DNA of 64,000 nt from a bacterium (GTDB lineage Bacteria; UBA8248). The notes below the pieces were generated by a model. That model made no database searches. It was not told the origin of the DNA and was given only the letters and a program-made list of their open reading frames with translations. Where the stretch lies: NCBI GenBank assembly GCA_965213685.1, contig CBDBZY010000024.1, positions 36,910 through 100,909 of the forward strand, in the 5' to 3' direction. Below, in pieces: positions 9,452 through 18,985 of the stretch. The position numbers and the translations under genes are program-made. Every line of letters begins with the position of its first letter. Within the stretch, counting starts at the first letter, position 1.

Positions 9452-10408
9452 ATGCCGCACCGCGTCCTGACCGTGGATGAGCGCACCCGAACGCAGCCGG
9501 TGCGCAGGGCGTTCATGGAAGAATACCTCCACGAGGGGTATGCGTTCATCGTGCCGGAATCGTTTGACGAAGGCGCCCTGCGGGAGGAGGCGCGAGGCGC
9601 CTGCGCACTCGTCACCGGCTTCGCCCCCATCACCAGGGAACTGATGGAGGCGGGCTCCCGCATCAAGGTGGTCGGCAAGGTGGGGACGGGCGTGGACAAC
9701 ATCGACCTGGGAGCCGCCACGGAGCTCGGCATTCCCGTCGCCCACGCTCCCGGCTGGATGCGCTGCGTCCCCGTGGCGGAGCACGCCATCGCGCTGATGC
9801 TCATGATGGCGCGCAGACCCTGGCTCTGGGCGAGCGGGGAGCGCGCGCTGCACGTTCAGCTGCAAGGCGCGACCCTGGGGGTCGTGGGCCTGGGGAACAT
9901 CGGCCAGGCGCTCGCAAAGCGCGCCGCCGCATTCGAGATGGACGTCCTCGCCCATACGCGCACGCGGGGGAAGTTCCGGCCGCGGGGCTTCGCCGTCGAG
10001 GAGGTGGAAACCCTCGAGGAATTGCTGCCGCGCGCCGACTTCGTGGCGCTCACCCTGCCCCTCACGCCCGAGAGCGCGGGCATCATCGGCGAGAAAGAGC
10101 TGGGGATGATGCGCGAAACCTCCTTTCTCATCAACGTCTCGCGCGGCCCCCACGTGGACGCGGAGGCGCTCGCCGACGCCATCCGCGAGGGGAAGATAGC
10201 CGGCGCCGGTCTCGACGTCACCGAGCCGGACCCCCTGCCGGAGGCCCACCCGCTGCGCCGCTTCCCCAACGTCGTGATATCGCCGCACAACGCCGCCCAG
10301 ACCGAGAGCGTGCAGCGCAGAAGCTATCAGCTGTTGTGCGACAACATCAAAAGAGCGGTGGAGGGCGAGAAGGTCACCTCGCTCGCCAACCCCGAGGTCT
10401 ACGGCTGA
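9452..10408 (+). CDS. D-isomer-specific 2-hydroxyacid dehydrogenase
   Basis: GTGVDNID, VAEHA, GLGNIG, INVSRG, GLDV, SPHNA. Confidence 0.9.
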   Translation: MPHRVLTVDERTRTQPVRRAFMEEYLHEGYAFIVPESFDEGALREEARGACALVTGFAPITRELMEAGSRIKVVGKVGTGVDNIDLGAATELGIPVAHAPGWMRCVPVAEHAIALMLMMARRPWLWASGERALHVQLQGATLGVVGLGNIGQALAKRAAAFEMDVLAHTRTRGKFRPRGFAVEEVETLEELLPRADFVALTLPLTPESAGIIGEKELGMMRETSFLINVSRGPHVDAEALADAIREGKIAGAGLDVTEPDPLPEAHPLRRFPNVVISPHNAAQTESVQRRSYQLLCDNIKRAVEGEKVTSLANPEVYG

Positions 10409-10434
10409 AGCGCGCCGCCGAGGAGAGAATTCTC

Positions 10435-11571
10435 ATGAAAGACGCACCCATCCGGGGTCTGGAGGGCGTCATCGCCACGGACACGCGGATATGCGACCTC
10501 GACGGGGCGAACGGCGTTTTGGCCTACTGCGGGTACGACGTGCCGGAGATGGTGCGCCAAAAGGCGCGCTTCGAGGAAATCGCATACCTCCTGTGGCACC
10601 GCGAGCTGCCCACCCGCGCGCAGCTGAGGGAATTCGACGAGCGGCTCAAAGCCGAGCGAAAGCTCTCGCCCGGGATGCTGCGCGCCTTGCGGCAACTCCC
10701 CCCCGGCGGGCAAAGAACGGCGGCGCTTCGGGGGGGCGTCGGCGTCCTCGGGCTTTTCGACCCGGAGGCGGAGGACGACGCTCCGGAGGCGAATTTCAGA
10801 AAAGCGCTCCGGATCACCGCGAAAATTCCCACCATCATCGCCGCCCAGCACCGTCTGGCGGCGGGACTCCGGCCCCTCAGCCCCCGCAAGGGGCTCGGGC
10901 ATGCGGCGAACTTCCTCTACATGATCACCGGGGAGGCGCCGGACAAGGAGGACGCCCGGGCGCTCGACGCCACGCTCGTGCTGTATGCGGAGCACGAGAT
11001 CAACGCCTCCACCTTCGCGGCGCGGGTCGTCGCCTCCACCATGTCGGACATCTACTCCGCCGTCACGGCGGGGATCGGGGCGGTCAAAGGCCCGCTGCAC
11101 GGGGGCGCCGGCCTGGCGGTGATGGAAACGCTGCGCGAAATCGGAACGCCCGAGGCGGTGGAGCCCTTCGTGGAGAAGGCGCTCGCCCAGAGAAGGCGGT
11201 TCATGGGGTTCGGCCACCGGGTGTACGCCAGGAGCGGAGACCCGCGCGCGGGTGTTCTCGTCCAGCTAGCCGGCGAGATATGCCGCCGCCCCGGACGCGA
11301 CGGCAAGTGGTTCGAGGTGGCCCGGGCGCTCGACCATGCGGTACAAAGCAGAAAGGGCGTCATCCCGAACGTGGATTTCTACTCCGCTCCCCTCTGGCAG
11401 GGACTGGGAATTCCCATGGAGTTGTTCGTCCCCATCATCGTCATGTCGAGAGTCGCCGGCTGGACGGCCCACATCCTGGAGCAAAAAGCCGACAATCGCC
11501 TCATCCGCCCCCGGGCGCGCTACGTCGGAACCCCCGGGCGATCCTACAAAACCCTCAGAAGCCGTGGCTGA
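10435..11571 (+). CDS. Citrate synthase family, 2-methylcitrate synthase (PrpC)-like
   Basis: GLEGV, LYAEHEINASTF, GPLHGGA, GFGHRVY, PNVDFYS, RLIRPRARY. Confidence 0.88.
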   Translation: MKDAPIRGLEGVIATDTRICDLDGANGVLAYCGYDVPEMVRQKARFEEIAYLLWHRELPTRAQLREFDERLKAERKLSPGMLRALRQLPPGGQRTAALRGGVGVLGLFDPEAEDDAPEANFRKALRITAKIPTIIAAQHRLAAGLRPLSPRKGLGHAANFLYMITGEAPDKEDARALDATLVLYAEHEINASTFAARVVASTMSDIYSAVTAGIGAVKGPLHGGAGLAVMETLREIGTPEAVEPFVEKALAQRRRFMGFGHRVYARSGDPRAGVLVQLAGEICRRPGRDGKWFEVARALDHAVQSRKGVIPNVDFYSAPLWQGLGIPMELFVPIIVMSRVAGWTAHILEQKADNRLIRPRARYVGTPGRSYKTLRSRG

Positions 11572-13534
11572 GCCGGGGTCGCGCAGCCTCACGCAGAAGC
11601 TCCTCGACGCCCACCTCGCCTCCGGCGCGTCGAGAACGCCGGGCGAGGAGGTCGAGATACGCATCGACCAGGTGCTCCTACAGGACGCTTCGGGCCCCAT
11701 GGCGCTGCTCCAGTTCGAGGCCATGGGCTTCGCCAGGGTAAAGCAGAAAACAGCCGTGATGTACGCCGACCATCAAACCATCCAGGCACACAGCCTGCAC
11801 ACGGACGCGCACCGCTTCCTGCTCGGGTTTTGTCAAAAGCACGGAATCCATTTCTCCAAGCCCGGCAACGGCATCTGCCACAACGTCCACCTCGAGGAAT
11901 TCTCCATCCCCGGCGAAAGCCTCCTGGGCACCGATTCCCACACGCCGCAGGGGGGTGCCGTGGGGATGCTGGCGATTGGCGCGGGCGGGCTGGACGTGGC
12001 GTCGGCCATGGCGACGGGCAGCGCCATCCTCCCCCGCCCCCTCATCGTGGGAGTCCGGCTCTCCGGGAAGCTCAGTCCCTGGTCCACGGCGAAAGACGTC
12101 ATCCTGGAGCTTTTGCGCCGTCTGGGCATTCGTGGAGGAATCGGCAAATTCTTTGAATACACCGGCCCGGGCGTCCGCACCCTCTCGGTGCCGGAGCGCT
12201 TCACCATCGCGAGCATGGGCACCGAGCTGGGCCTGACGGGAAGCGTATTCCCCAGCGACGCGCAGACCCGATTGTTTTACGAGCGCATCGGCCGCCCGGG
12301 CGACTGGTCCGCACAGGAGGCGGACGCAGACGCCGCCTATGACGCGGAAATCGCGCTGGACCTGGGCGAAGTGCAACCCCTCGTCGCACTGCCCTCCAAC
12401 CCGGATCGGGTGGTTCCCGTCGCGGAGGCCGTCGGCACGCCCATCCACCAGGTCATCATCGGCAGCTGCACGAACGGCTCGTTCACCGACATCGCCTCGT
12501 TCGCGCAGGTGCTCCGGGGGCGAAAGGTGGCCCATCCGGTGGACGCCATCGTCTTTCCGGGCAGCCGGCAAGCGTTCGAGGAGCTCGCCAGGGAAGGCCA
12601 TCTCGCCGACCTCCTCGCCGCCGGTGCCTGCGTCTCCGAGGCGACTTGCGGAGCGTGTCCCGGGTACGCCCACATACCGGCACCGGGCATGAACTCCCTG
12701 CGCGCGTTCAACCGCAACTTCCGGGGCCGCTCGGGATTGAACGGGGATTCCGTGTATCTCGCGAGTCCCGAGGTGGGCGCGGTAGCCGCCCTCCACGGCC
12801 AGATAAGGGACCCGAGGGACGAGGGACGGGCGCCCGAAATCCTGCTCCCCCACCGCTTCGCGGGCGACAGGACGGGAATCGTTCCCCCATCGGCCAGCGC
12901 CTCGTCCGCGGAAATTCCCCGGGGGCCGAACATCGGCCCCGTTCCGGTGGGGACGCCCTTTGGCGACGCCTGCCGCGGCGCGGTGCTCATCAAGCTCGGC
13001 GACGACGTTTCGACCGACCACATCATCCCGGCGGGGGTGGAGGCGATTACCTATCGCACGAACATGCCCGCACTGGCCGATTATGTGTTCCGGCGCGTGG
13101 ACCCGGCGTTCGTCTCCCGGGCGCGGGAGGCGGGCGGCGGAATCATCCTCGCGGGAAAAACCTACGGCCAGGGCTCCGCCCGCGAGCAGGCGGCGATATG
13201 CCCGATGATGCTGGGGGTCCGCGCGGTCATCGCCAAGAGTTTCGCCAGAATCCACCGGGCGAACCTCATCAACTGGGGCGTCCTGCCCCTCTCTTTTCTG
13301 AACCCCGACGACTATGACGCGACAGACCCCGGGCAGAGGCTGTCCATCGTCCGTCTCCAGGACGCGCTCCTCGCCGGTGCCGTCGAGGTGGAAAACGAGG
13401 ACACCGGCCATGCCTTTGGCGCGGCGTGCGCGCTGACGGAGCGCGAGCGGCGCACCCTGCTGGCGGGCGGAGCGCTCGCCCTGGCGCGGCGGGAGGGGGC
13501 CCTCCCCGCCGCCGAAGCGCAGGGCGGCTCCTAG
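11564..13534 (+). CDS. Aconitate hydratase family (compact type, about 656 aa)
   Basis: GNGICH, DSHT, GSCTN, CGAC, FNRNFRGRSG, STDHIIPAG, SFARIH. GTG start overlaps the synthase stop. Confidence 0.9.
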   Translation: MAEPGSRSLTQKLLDAHLASGASRTPGEEVEIRIDQVLLQDASGPMALLQFEAMGFARVKQKTAVMYADHQTIQAHSLHTDAHRFLLGFCQKHGIHFSKPGNGICHNVHLEEFSIPGESLLGTDSHTPQGGAVGMLAIGAGGLDVASAMATGSAILPRPLIVGVRLSGKLSPWSTAKDVILELLRRLGIRGGIGKFFEYTGPGVRTLSVPERFTIASMGTELGLTGSVFPSDAQTRLFYERIGRPGDWSAQEADADAAYDAEIALDLGEVQPLVALPSNPDRVVPVAEAVGTPIHQVIIGSCTNGSFTDIASFAQVLRGRKVAHPVDAIVFPGSRQAFEELAREGHLADLLAAGACVSEATCGACPGYAHIPAPGMNSLRAFNRNFRGRSGLNGDSVYLASPEVGAVAALHGQIRDPRDEGRAPEILLPHRFAGDRTGIVPPSASASSAEIPRGPNIGPVPVGTPFGDACRGAVLIKLGDDVSTDHIIPAGVEAITYRTNMPALADYVFRRVDPAFVSRAREAGGGIILAGKTYGQGSAREQAAICPMMLGVRAVIAKSFARIHRANLINWGVLPLSFLNPDDYDATDPGQRLSIVRLQDALLAGAVEVENEDTGHAFGAACALTERERRTLLAGGALALARREGALPAAEAQGGS

Positions 13535-13535
13535 C

Positions 13536-14684
13536 ATGGGGCAGAGGAAGTATCCCGCCGTCTTCATGCGCGGGGGCACGAGCCGCGCCATCGTGTTCCA
13601 CGCGCGAGACCTGCCCGGGGAGCGCGCCGAGCGAGACGCCATATTCCTCGGGGCCATGGGCAGCCCCGACCCGAACGGGCGCCAGCTCGACGGGCTCGGG
13701 GGCGGGGTATCGTCCCTGAGCAAAATCGCCGTCGTCGCGCCATCGGAGCGCGCGGACGCCGACGTCGAGTTCACCTTCGCACAGGTGGGAGTTCGGGAGG
13801 AGATCGTGGACTACGCAGGGACGTGCGGGAACATCTCGAGCGCCGTCGGTCCCTTCGCCGTGGACGAGGGGCTCGTGCCGGCGGGGGAAGACGGCATGGC
13901 CGCCGTGCGCGTCTACAACACGAACACGAAAAAAACATACCGTGCCCGCTTCCCCGTGGAGGCCGGCGCGGCCGCCGCGCACGGCGCCTATGCGCTGCCG
14001 GGCGTCTCCGGGACGGGGGCGCGCATCACGCTCGAATTCATGGACCCGGGAGGGGCCGCCACCGGCAGGCTCCTCCCTTCGGGCCGCGCCGTGGACGTCT
14101 TCGACATCGAGGGGATGGGCCGGATCGAGGTGAGCCTCGTGGATGCGACCAACCCGATGGTGTTCCTCCGCGCGCGGGACGCGGGGCTATCCGGCGGGGA
14201 GGCGCCGGGCCGCATGGACAGCCGGGTCGAGCTGATGGTGAACCTCGAGCAGATTCGCGCGGAGGCTGCCGTGCGCATGGGCCTGGCGCGAAGCAGAAGG
14301 GAAGCCTCCGAGAGCGTTCAGGCGGTGCCGAAAGTGGCCGTCGTCGCACCCCCGGTGGAATACGTGAACCTCCGGGGCGAGGTCATCTCCCCGGACGCCT
14401 ACGACCTCGCGAGCCGCATCGTCTCGATGGGCAGGACCCACCGCGCCTATGCGCTGACGGGCGCCATGTGCCTTGCGGTCGCCGCCCGCATTCCCGGAAC
14501 CCTGGCGGCGGATGCCGCCCGCAGCGGCGAGGGCGACCTGCGCCTCGGGCATCCCTCGGGCGTCCAGACGGTGGGCGCCGAGGTCTCCGGCGCGCCGGGC
14601 GGATACAGGGCGGAAAAGGTGGTCGTCTACCGGACGGCGCGGCGGCTGATGGAGGGATTCGTGTGCGTGCCGGCGCCGCGCTGA
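13536..14684 (+). CDS. PrpF/FldA family isomerase
   Basis: FMRGGTSRA, GSPDPNGRQLDGLGGG, CGNISSAVGPFA, RTARRLMEG. Confidence 0.92.
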   Translation: MGQRKYPAVFMRGGTSRAIVFHARDLPGERAERDAIFLGAMGSPDPNGRQLDGLGGGVSSLSKIAVVAPSERADADVEFTFAQVGVREEIVDYAGTCGNISSAVGPFAVDEGLVPAGEDGMAAVRVYNTNTKKTYRARFPVEAGAAAAHGAYALPGVSGTGARITLEFMDPGGAATGRLLPSGRAVDVFDIEGMGRIEVSLVDATNPMVFLRARDAGLSGGEAPGRMDSRVELMVNLEQIRAEAAVRMGLARSRREASESVQAVPKVAVVAPPVEYVNLRGEVISPDAYDLASRIVSMGRTHRAYALTGAMCLAVAARIPGTLAADAARSGEGDLRLGHPSGVQTVGAEVSGAPGGYRAEKVVVYRTARRLMEGFVCVPAPR

Positions 14685-14789
14685 AAGCCGGTTCTCTCGC
14701 AGCCGGTTCTCTCGCCGAACATATCTCCGGGCTGCGAAGAGGGGGGCCATTCCGTCGCGTTGCGGAGCGCATCGGCGGGCGGGATCGGC

Positions 14790-15665
14790 CTATCTCCTCT
14801 CTCCCGTCACGAGCCAGACGCCGGCGGCCGTCAGCGCGGCGCCCGCCATCAGATGCCAGCCCGGCTCCTCGCCCAGATACAGGGCGCTGCCGACCACGCC
14901 GATGATGGGAGTCAAGAACAGGAACACCGACATCCTGGCGGGAGAATACCGGAGCAGCAGATAGCCCCAGTAGGCGAGAAGGAGGGCGCTGGATATCACC
15001 CCCATGTATGCGACCGCCAGCGCCTCGGCGGCGCCGAAGGAGGAAACCCCGAAGCGGGGGTCGGGGAAGGACAGAAGAAGATAGGCCGGCGCGCCGATGA
15101 TCATCGCCCACCTCGCCACCGCCACGAAATCCGAACGGGAGAGGTAGCGGCGGAAATGAATCGTCTGCACCCCCCAGAGAACGGCGGCGGCGAGAACGTA
15201 GCAGTCCGCCCAGAGTGCGCTCTCCGCCCCGAGGCGATTCGAGAACACCGTCATCGTGCCCCCCATCGCCGCGGCGAAGCCGAGCCCCCGCACCCAGGTG
15301 ATGCGCTCTCCCGCAAGGAGCAGGGCGGAGAGCAGCATCACCCAAATCGGCTGGGTGTACAGCAGCACCGAGGCGCGCGCGGCGGCCGTGCCGGACATCC
15401 CCTGATACAGGAACAGGATATAGACGTTGTGCAGCAGGCCGTTGAGCATCCGGTGCCCCTTCTCCTTCCAGGCGTCCGGGTGCGTCACCCTGTCGGGAGC
15501 GGGGAACGCGAGGCGATAGAGCGTGAGGGTGATGACGCCCGCCGCACAGCGCATCCATATGAGGGCGAAGGGCGTGAGACCCGCGTAGGCGCCCTTGATG
15601 ATGGGCTGCGCCATGCCCCACACGATGGCGAGAAGCAGGGAGCCCAGCACCAGTTCGAGCGCCAT
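14790..15665 (-). CDS. DMT/EamA family transporter
   Basis: About 10 TM helices, with LLYTQPIWV, GERIT and FLFLTPIIGV. Confidence 0.88.
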   Translation of the reverse strand: MALELVLGSLLLAIVWGMAQPIIKGAYAGLTPFALIWMRCAAGVITLTLYRLAFPAPDRVTHPDAWKEKGHRMLNGLLHNVYILFLYQGMSGTAAARASVLLYTQPIWVMLLSALLLAGERITWVRGLGFAAAMGGTMTVFSNRLGAESALWADCYVLAAAVLWGVQTIHFRRYLSRSDFVAVARWAMIIGAPAYLLLSFPDPRFGVSSFGAAEALAVAYMGVISSALLLAYWGYLLLRYSPARMSVFLFLTPIIGVVGSALYLGEEPGWHLMAGAALTAAGVWLVTGERR

Positions 15666-15706
15666 CCCCGTCTCGCCGGAGGGCGGATGCGCGGCCGGAG
15701 GTCTGC

Positions 15707-16117
15707 TCAATCGGCCTCCCGGGCGGGACGCGGCCGCTCGCATATTTCCACCCGTATGTTCTCGGGCCCCCGAACGAAGGCGATCATCCGTCCCCCCACT
15801 CCCGCAGGGACGGGGTCCATCAGCACCTCCGCCCCCCGCTCTTCGAGGCGGGCGACCGTGGACGCCACGTCGTCCACCGCGACGCCCAGATGGTCCAGCC
15901 CATGCACCAGCCCGGGCGCGACGGCGTCCGGCTCGTCTCCCGCGCGATACCCCCGGATGCGCAAGTCGCCCTCCCCGAGCCGGAAGATGGCGTAGGGCGC
16001 CCCCTTGAAATCCTCCTCGTAGGAGATGGCCTCCAGCCCGAATATCCGCTCGAAGAAATCCGCCATGGCGCGGACGTCCCGGGTCAGAAAGTGGACATGG
16101 TCATACCGAAAGTCCAT
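15707..16117 (-). CDS. VOC family protein
   Basis: YDHVHF, GLDHLGVAVDD, FVRGPENIRVEI. Confidence 0.85.
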   Translation of the reverse strand: MDFRYDHVHFLTRDVRAMADFFERIFGLEAISYEEDFKGAPYAIFRLGEGDLRIRGYRAGDEPDAVAPGLVHGLDHLGVAVDDVASTVARLEERGAEVLMDPVPAGVGGRMIAFVRGPENIRVEICERPRPAREAD

Positions 16118-16237
16118 CACTCGCTCCTTCTTGCGATTTTTCATTTTCCAACGCGCGTATTACGCTGGGTCGAGAATCCCACAGGAAGCGCCATGCATAC
16201 AAACGACCTGCATCCTCTCGCAAAAAGGGGCGCGCCC

Positions 16238-17152
16238 ATGCCGAAAGCGAACATCACGGGCGACGCGCACCGGGCGCATCACGACGGCGCCGACCTGTTC
16301 TTGTGGAGAAAGCGAAAGGCCGGAAGCGCGAAGCCGCCTCGGGGCGTCGTCCTCCTCGTGCACGGCTCGTCCATGGCCTCCACCCCCACGTTCGACCTTC
16401 AGGTGAAAGGCCGGCCCGAATACTCGCTGATGGACTATCTCGCGGAGCGCGACTACGACGTCTGGTGCGTGGATTGCGAGGGATACGGGAGGTCCACCAA
16501 ATCGAGAGGGGTCTCCTGCGGAGTCGAGCGCGGGGCGCGGGACATTCTCGCGGCGGCGAACAAAATCCTGCAAATCACCAGAATCCGTTCCCTTCATCTC
16601 TACGGCATCTCATCCGGTGCGCTGCGGGCCGCCCTGTTCGCGCAAAGAAACCCGGCGCGCGTGAAGCGGCTGATACTCGACGCTTTCGTGTGGACGGGCA
16701 AGGGGAGCCCCACCCTCCGGGAGAGGCGCAAACGATTCCAGGGCGTGGCCTCCACGTCGAGGAGGCCCGTGAACCCGGACTTCATCAAAAGCATTTTCAC
16801 GCGGGATCATCCGGGCACAGCCCACCCGGACGTCGTCGCCGAATACGCCCGGGCGATTTGCGCCCTCGACGATACGATTCCCAACGGCACCTACGTCGAC
16901 ATGTGCGAGCACCTGCCCTTGGTGGACCCAAGGAAGATCGCCGCGTCCGTGATGATCACGCGCGGGCAGTTCGACGGCATCGCCAGCCTCGACGACCTCA
17001 TGGAATTCTTCGGGCTGCTGCCGAATCCGGACAAGCAGTTCGTCATGGTGCCCGGAATCGCCCACGCCAGCCTGCAGGAGAAAAATCACGGGATCGTCTA
17101 CTACCTCATCGAACGATTCTTCAGCCAGCCATCGCCGGTCTACGAAGGCTGA
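16238..17152 (+). CDS. Alpha/beta fold hydrolase
   Basis: LLVHGSS, DCEGYGRS, GISSG, GQFDG, GIAH. Confidence 0.85.
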   Translation: MPKANITGDAHRAHHDGADLFLWRKRKAGSAKPPRGVVLLVHGSSMASTPTFDLQVKGRPEYSLMDYLAERDYDVWCVDCEGYGRSTKSRGVSCGVERGARDILAAANKILQITRIRSLHLYGISSGALRAALFAQRNPARVKRLILDAFVWTGKGSPTLRERRKRFQGVASTSRRPVNPDFIKSIFTRDHPGTAHPDVVAEYARAICALDDTIPNGTYVDMCEHLPLVDPRKIAASVMITRGQFDGIASLDDLMEFFGLLPNPDKQFVMVPGIAHASLQEKNHGIVYYLIERFFSQPSPVYEG

Positions 17153-17312
17153 GGCCAGAGGCGGGCGGCGGCGGCCGCTTGATTCCCGGGGAACAATGGG
17201 GCTAGATTGCCCCCCACGCATCGGGACCGATGAGGCGGACGCGAAGCATCCCCTTGTCGAAAGCAAAAGGCCACGCACGCACCTTTCATCCCTCAATCAG
17301 AGAGGCGCTTCC

Positions 17313-18134
17313 ATGGAAACCCAGGATTGGTATTCTGTCAACGAATTCGCACCGAACAGCTACCAGATCACCGAAGGCGGCCGCTTCAACATGCTCCTCT
17401 TGGTCGGAGACGAGAAGGCGGTCGCCATTGACGGGGGAATCGGAGTCGGGAACCTCCGGAAGCTCTACGAGAGCATCACGGACAAGCCCATCGACTTCAT
17501 CCTCACCCACACCCACTGGGATCACCTCGGTGCGGCCTCGCAATGGGAGAAGGTGGGCGTCCACCCTGTCGGCATAAATCTGCTGGCGAACGACTTCTCG
17601 AAGATGCAAACCGGCTTCCTGAACATGTGGAAGAACAACGGAAACACGTTTCCCGAGTGGTTTGACGAGGACGCCTACGACATCCAGCCCGCGGCGTTCG
17701 GCTGGACGCTCCAGGAGGGCGACGCCTTCGACCTCGGGAACCGGAAGTTTCACGTCTACGAGACGCCCGGGCATTCGCCCTGCAGCATCTCGCTCTATGA
17801 CGAGCGGGAGAAAATTCTCGTCTCAGGCGATCTGATCCGCTGCGAGGAATGCCTGTTCCTGCAAGTGCCCACGGCGGTACTCTCCGACTATGCGCCGTCG
17901 CTCCGGAAGATGGAGAAGCTCGCACGGGAGAAGGAGGTGCGCTGGATCACCTCGGGACACACCGACCCCTATCCGGACCCCTCCATCATCGGCGAGCTGG
18001 CACAGAACATGGAGGAGCTCGAAGCCGGCAAACACGACCCGCCCGCCAAGGTGGACGGCGGGGCGTGGGGCGAGGTGGATGAATACGTGTTCCCCCGCGT
18101 CAAGGTCTGGATTCAGGATCACGCCAGAAAGTAA
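17313..18134 (+). CDS. MBL-fold metallo-hydrolase (paralog 1)
   Basis: THTHWDH, TPGHSP, SGD, SGH. Confidence 0.9.
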   Translation: METQDWYSVNEFAPNSYQITEGGRFNMLLLVGDEKAVAIDGGIGVGNLRKLYESITDKPIDFILTHTHWDHLGAASQWEKVGVHPVGINLLANDFSKMQTGFLNMWKNNGNTFPEWFDEDAYDIQPAAFGWTLQEGDAFDLGNRKFHVYETPGHSPCSISLYDEREKILVSGDLIRCEECLFLQVPTAVLSDYAPSLRKMEKLAREKEVRWITSGHTDPYPDPSIIGELAQNMEELEAGKHDPPAKVDGGAWGEVDEYVFPRVKVWIQDHARK

Positions 18135-18159
18135 AACGCTTCCGCGGGAGGGGATATGG

Positions 18160-18975
18160 GTGGACGCGCAGGGCTGGTATGACGTCATCGAGTTCGCACC
18201 GGGGACCTATCAGATCACCGAAGCCGGTCGGTGGAACATGTTCCTGCTCCTCGGCGAGGAGAGGGCACTCTCGCTCGACGGCGGAATCGGCGTGGGCAGC
18301 GTCCGCAGGCTCTGCGAGTCGCTGACGACGCTCCCGATCGATCATGTGCTCACGCACACGCACTGGGATCATGTGGGCACCGCCCACGAATGGGACGCCG
18401 TGGGCGTTCACCCGAACGGCAGGGAGAAGCTGGCGAACGACTACGGCGCCGGCTGCCGGGATTTCGTGAACACGTGGCGCGGAAGGCCGTTTCCCGAAGG
18501 ATTCGACCCGGACGCCTTCACCATACCGCCCGGGAAATTCGGCTGGGCGGTTCAGGAGGGCGACGTCATCGACCTGGGCGGCAGGAGAATCCGGATATAC
18601 GACACCCCCGGGCATTCGCCGTGCAGCATCTCCCTGTATGACGAGAAAGAGCGCGTCCTCATCTCGGGAGACCTGGTAAAGCCCGGCCAGCCGCTCTTCA
18701 TCCAGGTGCCCACCGCCGTCTTGTCCGAATACGGCCCCTCCCTGCGCAAGCTGGAAAAAGTGGCGCGAGACAACGACGCGAAGTTCGTTTGCTCGGGCCA
18801 TACCGACCCGTGCGAGGACATCCCCGTCATCGGCCGGATGGCGCGGTTCGTGGAAGAGGTGGCGGAGGGCAGGCACGAACCGCCCGCCCGGGTGGAGGCC
18901 GGAAAGTGGGGAGTGGTGGATGAATACGCGGCGGACGGCTTCCGGGTGTGGACAAACGAGAACGCCCGAAAATAG
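18160..18975 (+). CDS. MBL-fold metallo-hydrolase (paralog 2)
   Basis: Same motifs, colinear with the upstream copy. GTG start at 18160 inferred by alignment to paralog 1. Confidence 0.9.
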   Translation: MDAQGWYDVIEFAPGTYQITEAGRWNMFLLLGEERALSLDGGIGVGSVRRLCESLTTLPIDHVLTHTHWDHVGTAHEWDAVGVHPNGREKLANDYGAGCRDFVNTWRGRPFPEGFDPDAFTIPPGKFGWAVQEGDVIDLGGRRIRIYDTPGHSPCSISLYDEKERVLISGDLVKPGQPLFIQVPTAVLSEYGPSLRKLEKVARDNDAKFVCSGHTDPCEDIPVIGRMARFVEEVAEGRHEPPARVEAGKWGVVDEYAADGFRVWTNENARK

Positions 18976-18985
18976 CGGAGGCGAA

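Noticed and set aside
14686-14715. 15-bp tandem duplication AGCCGGTTCTCTCGC x2 after prpF
   Set aside because: A simple slippage-type duplication between convergent genes with no functional clue.
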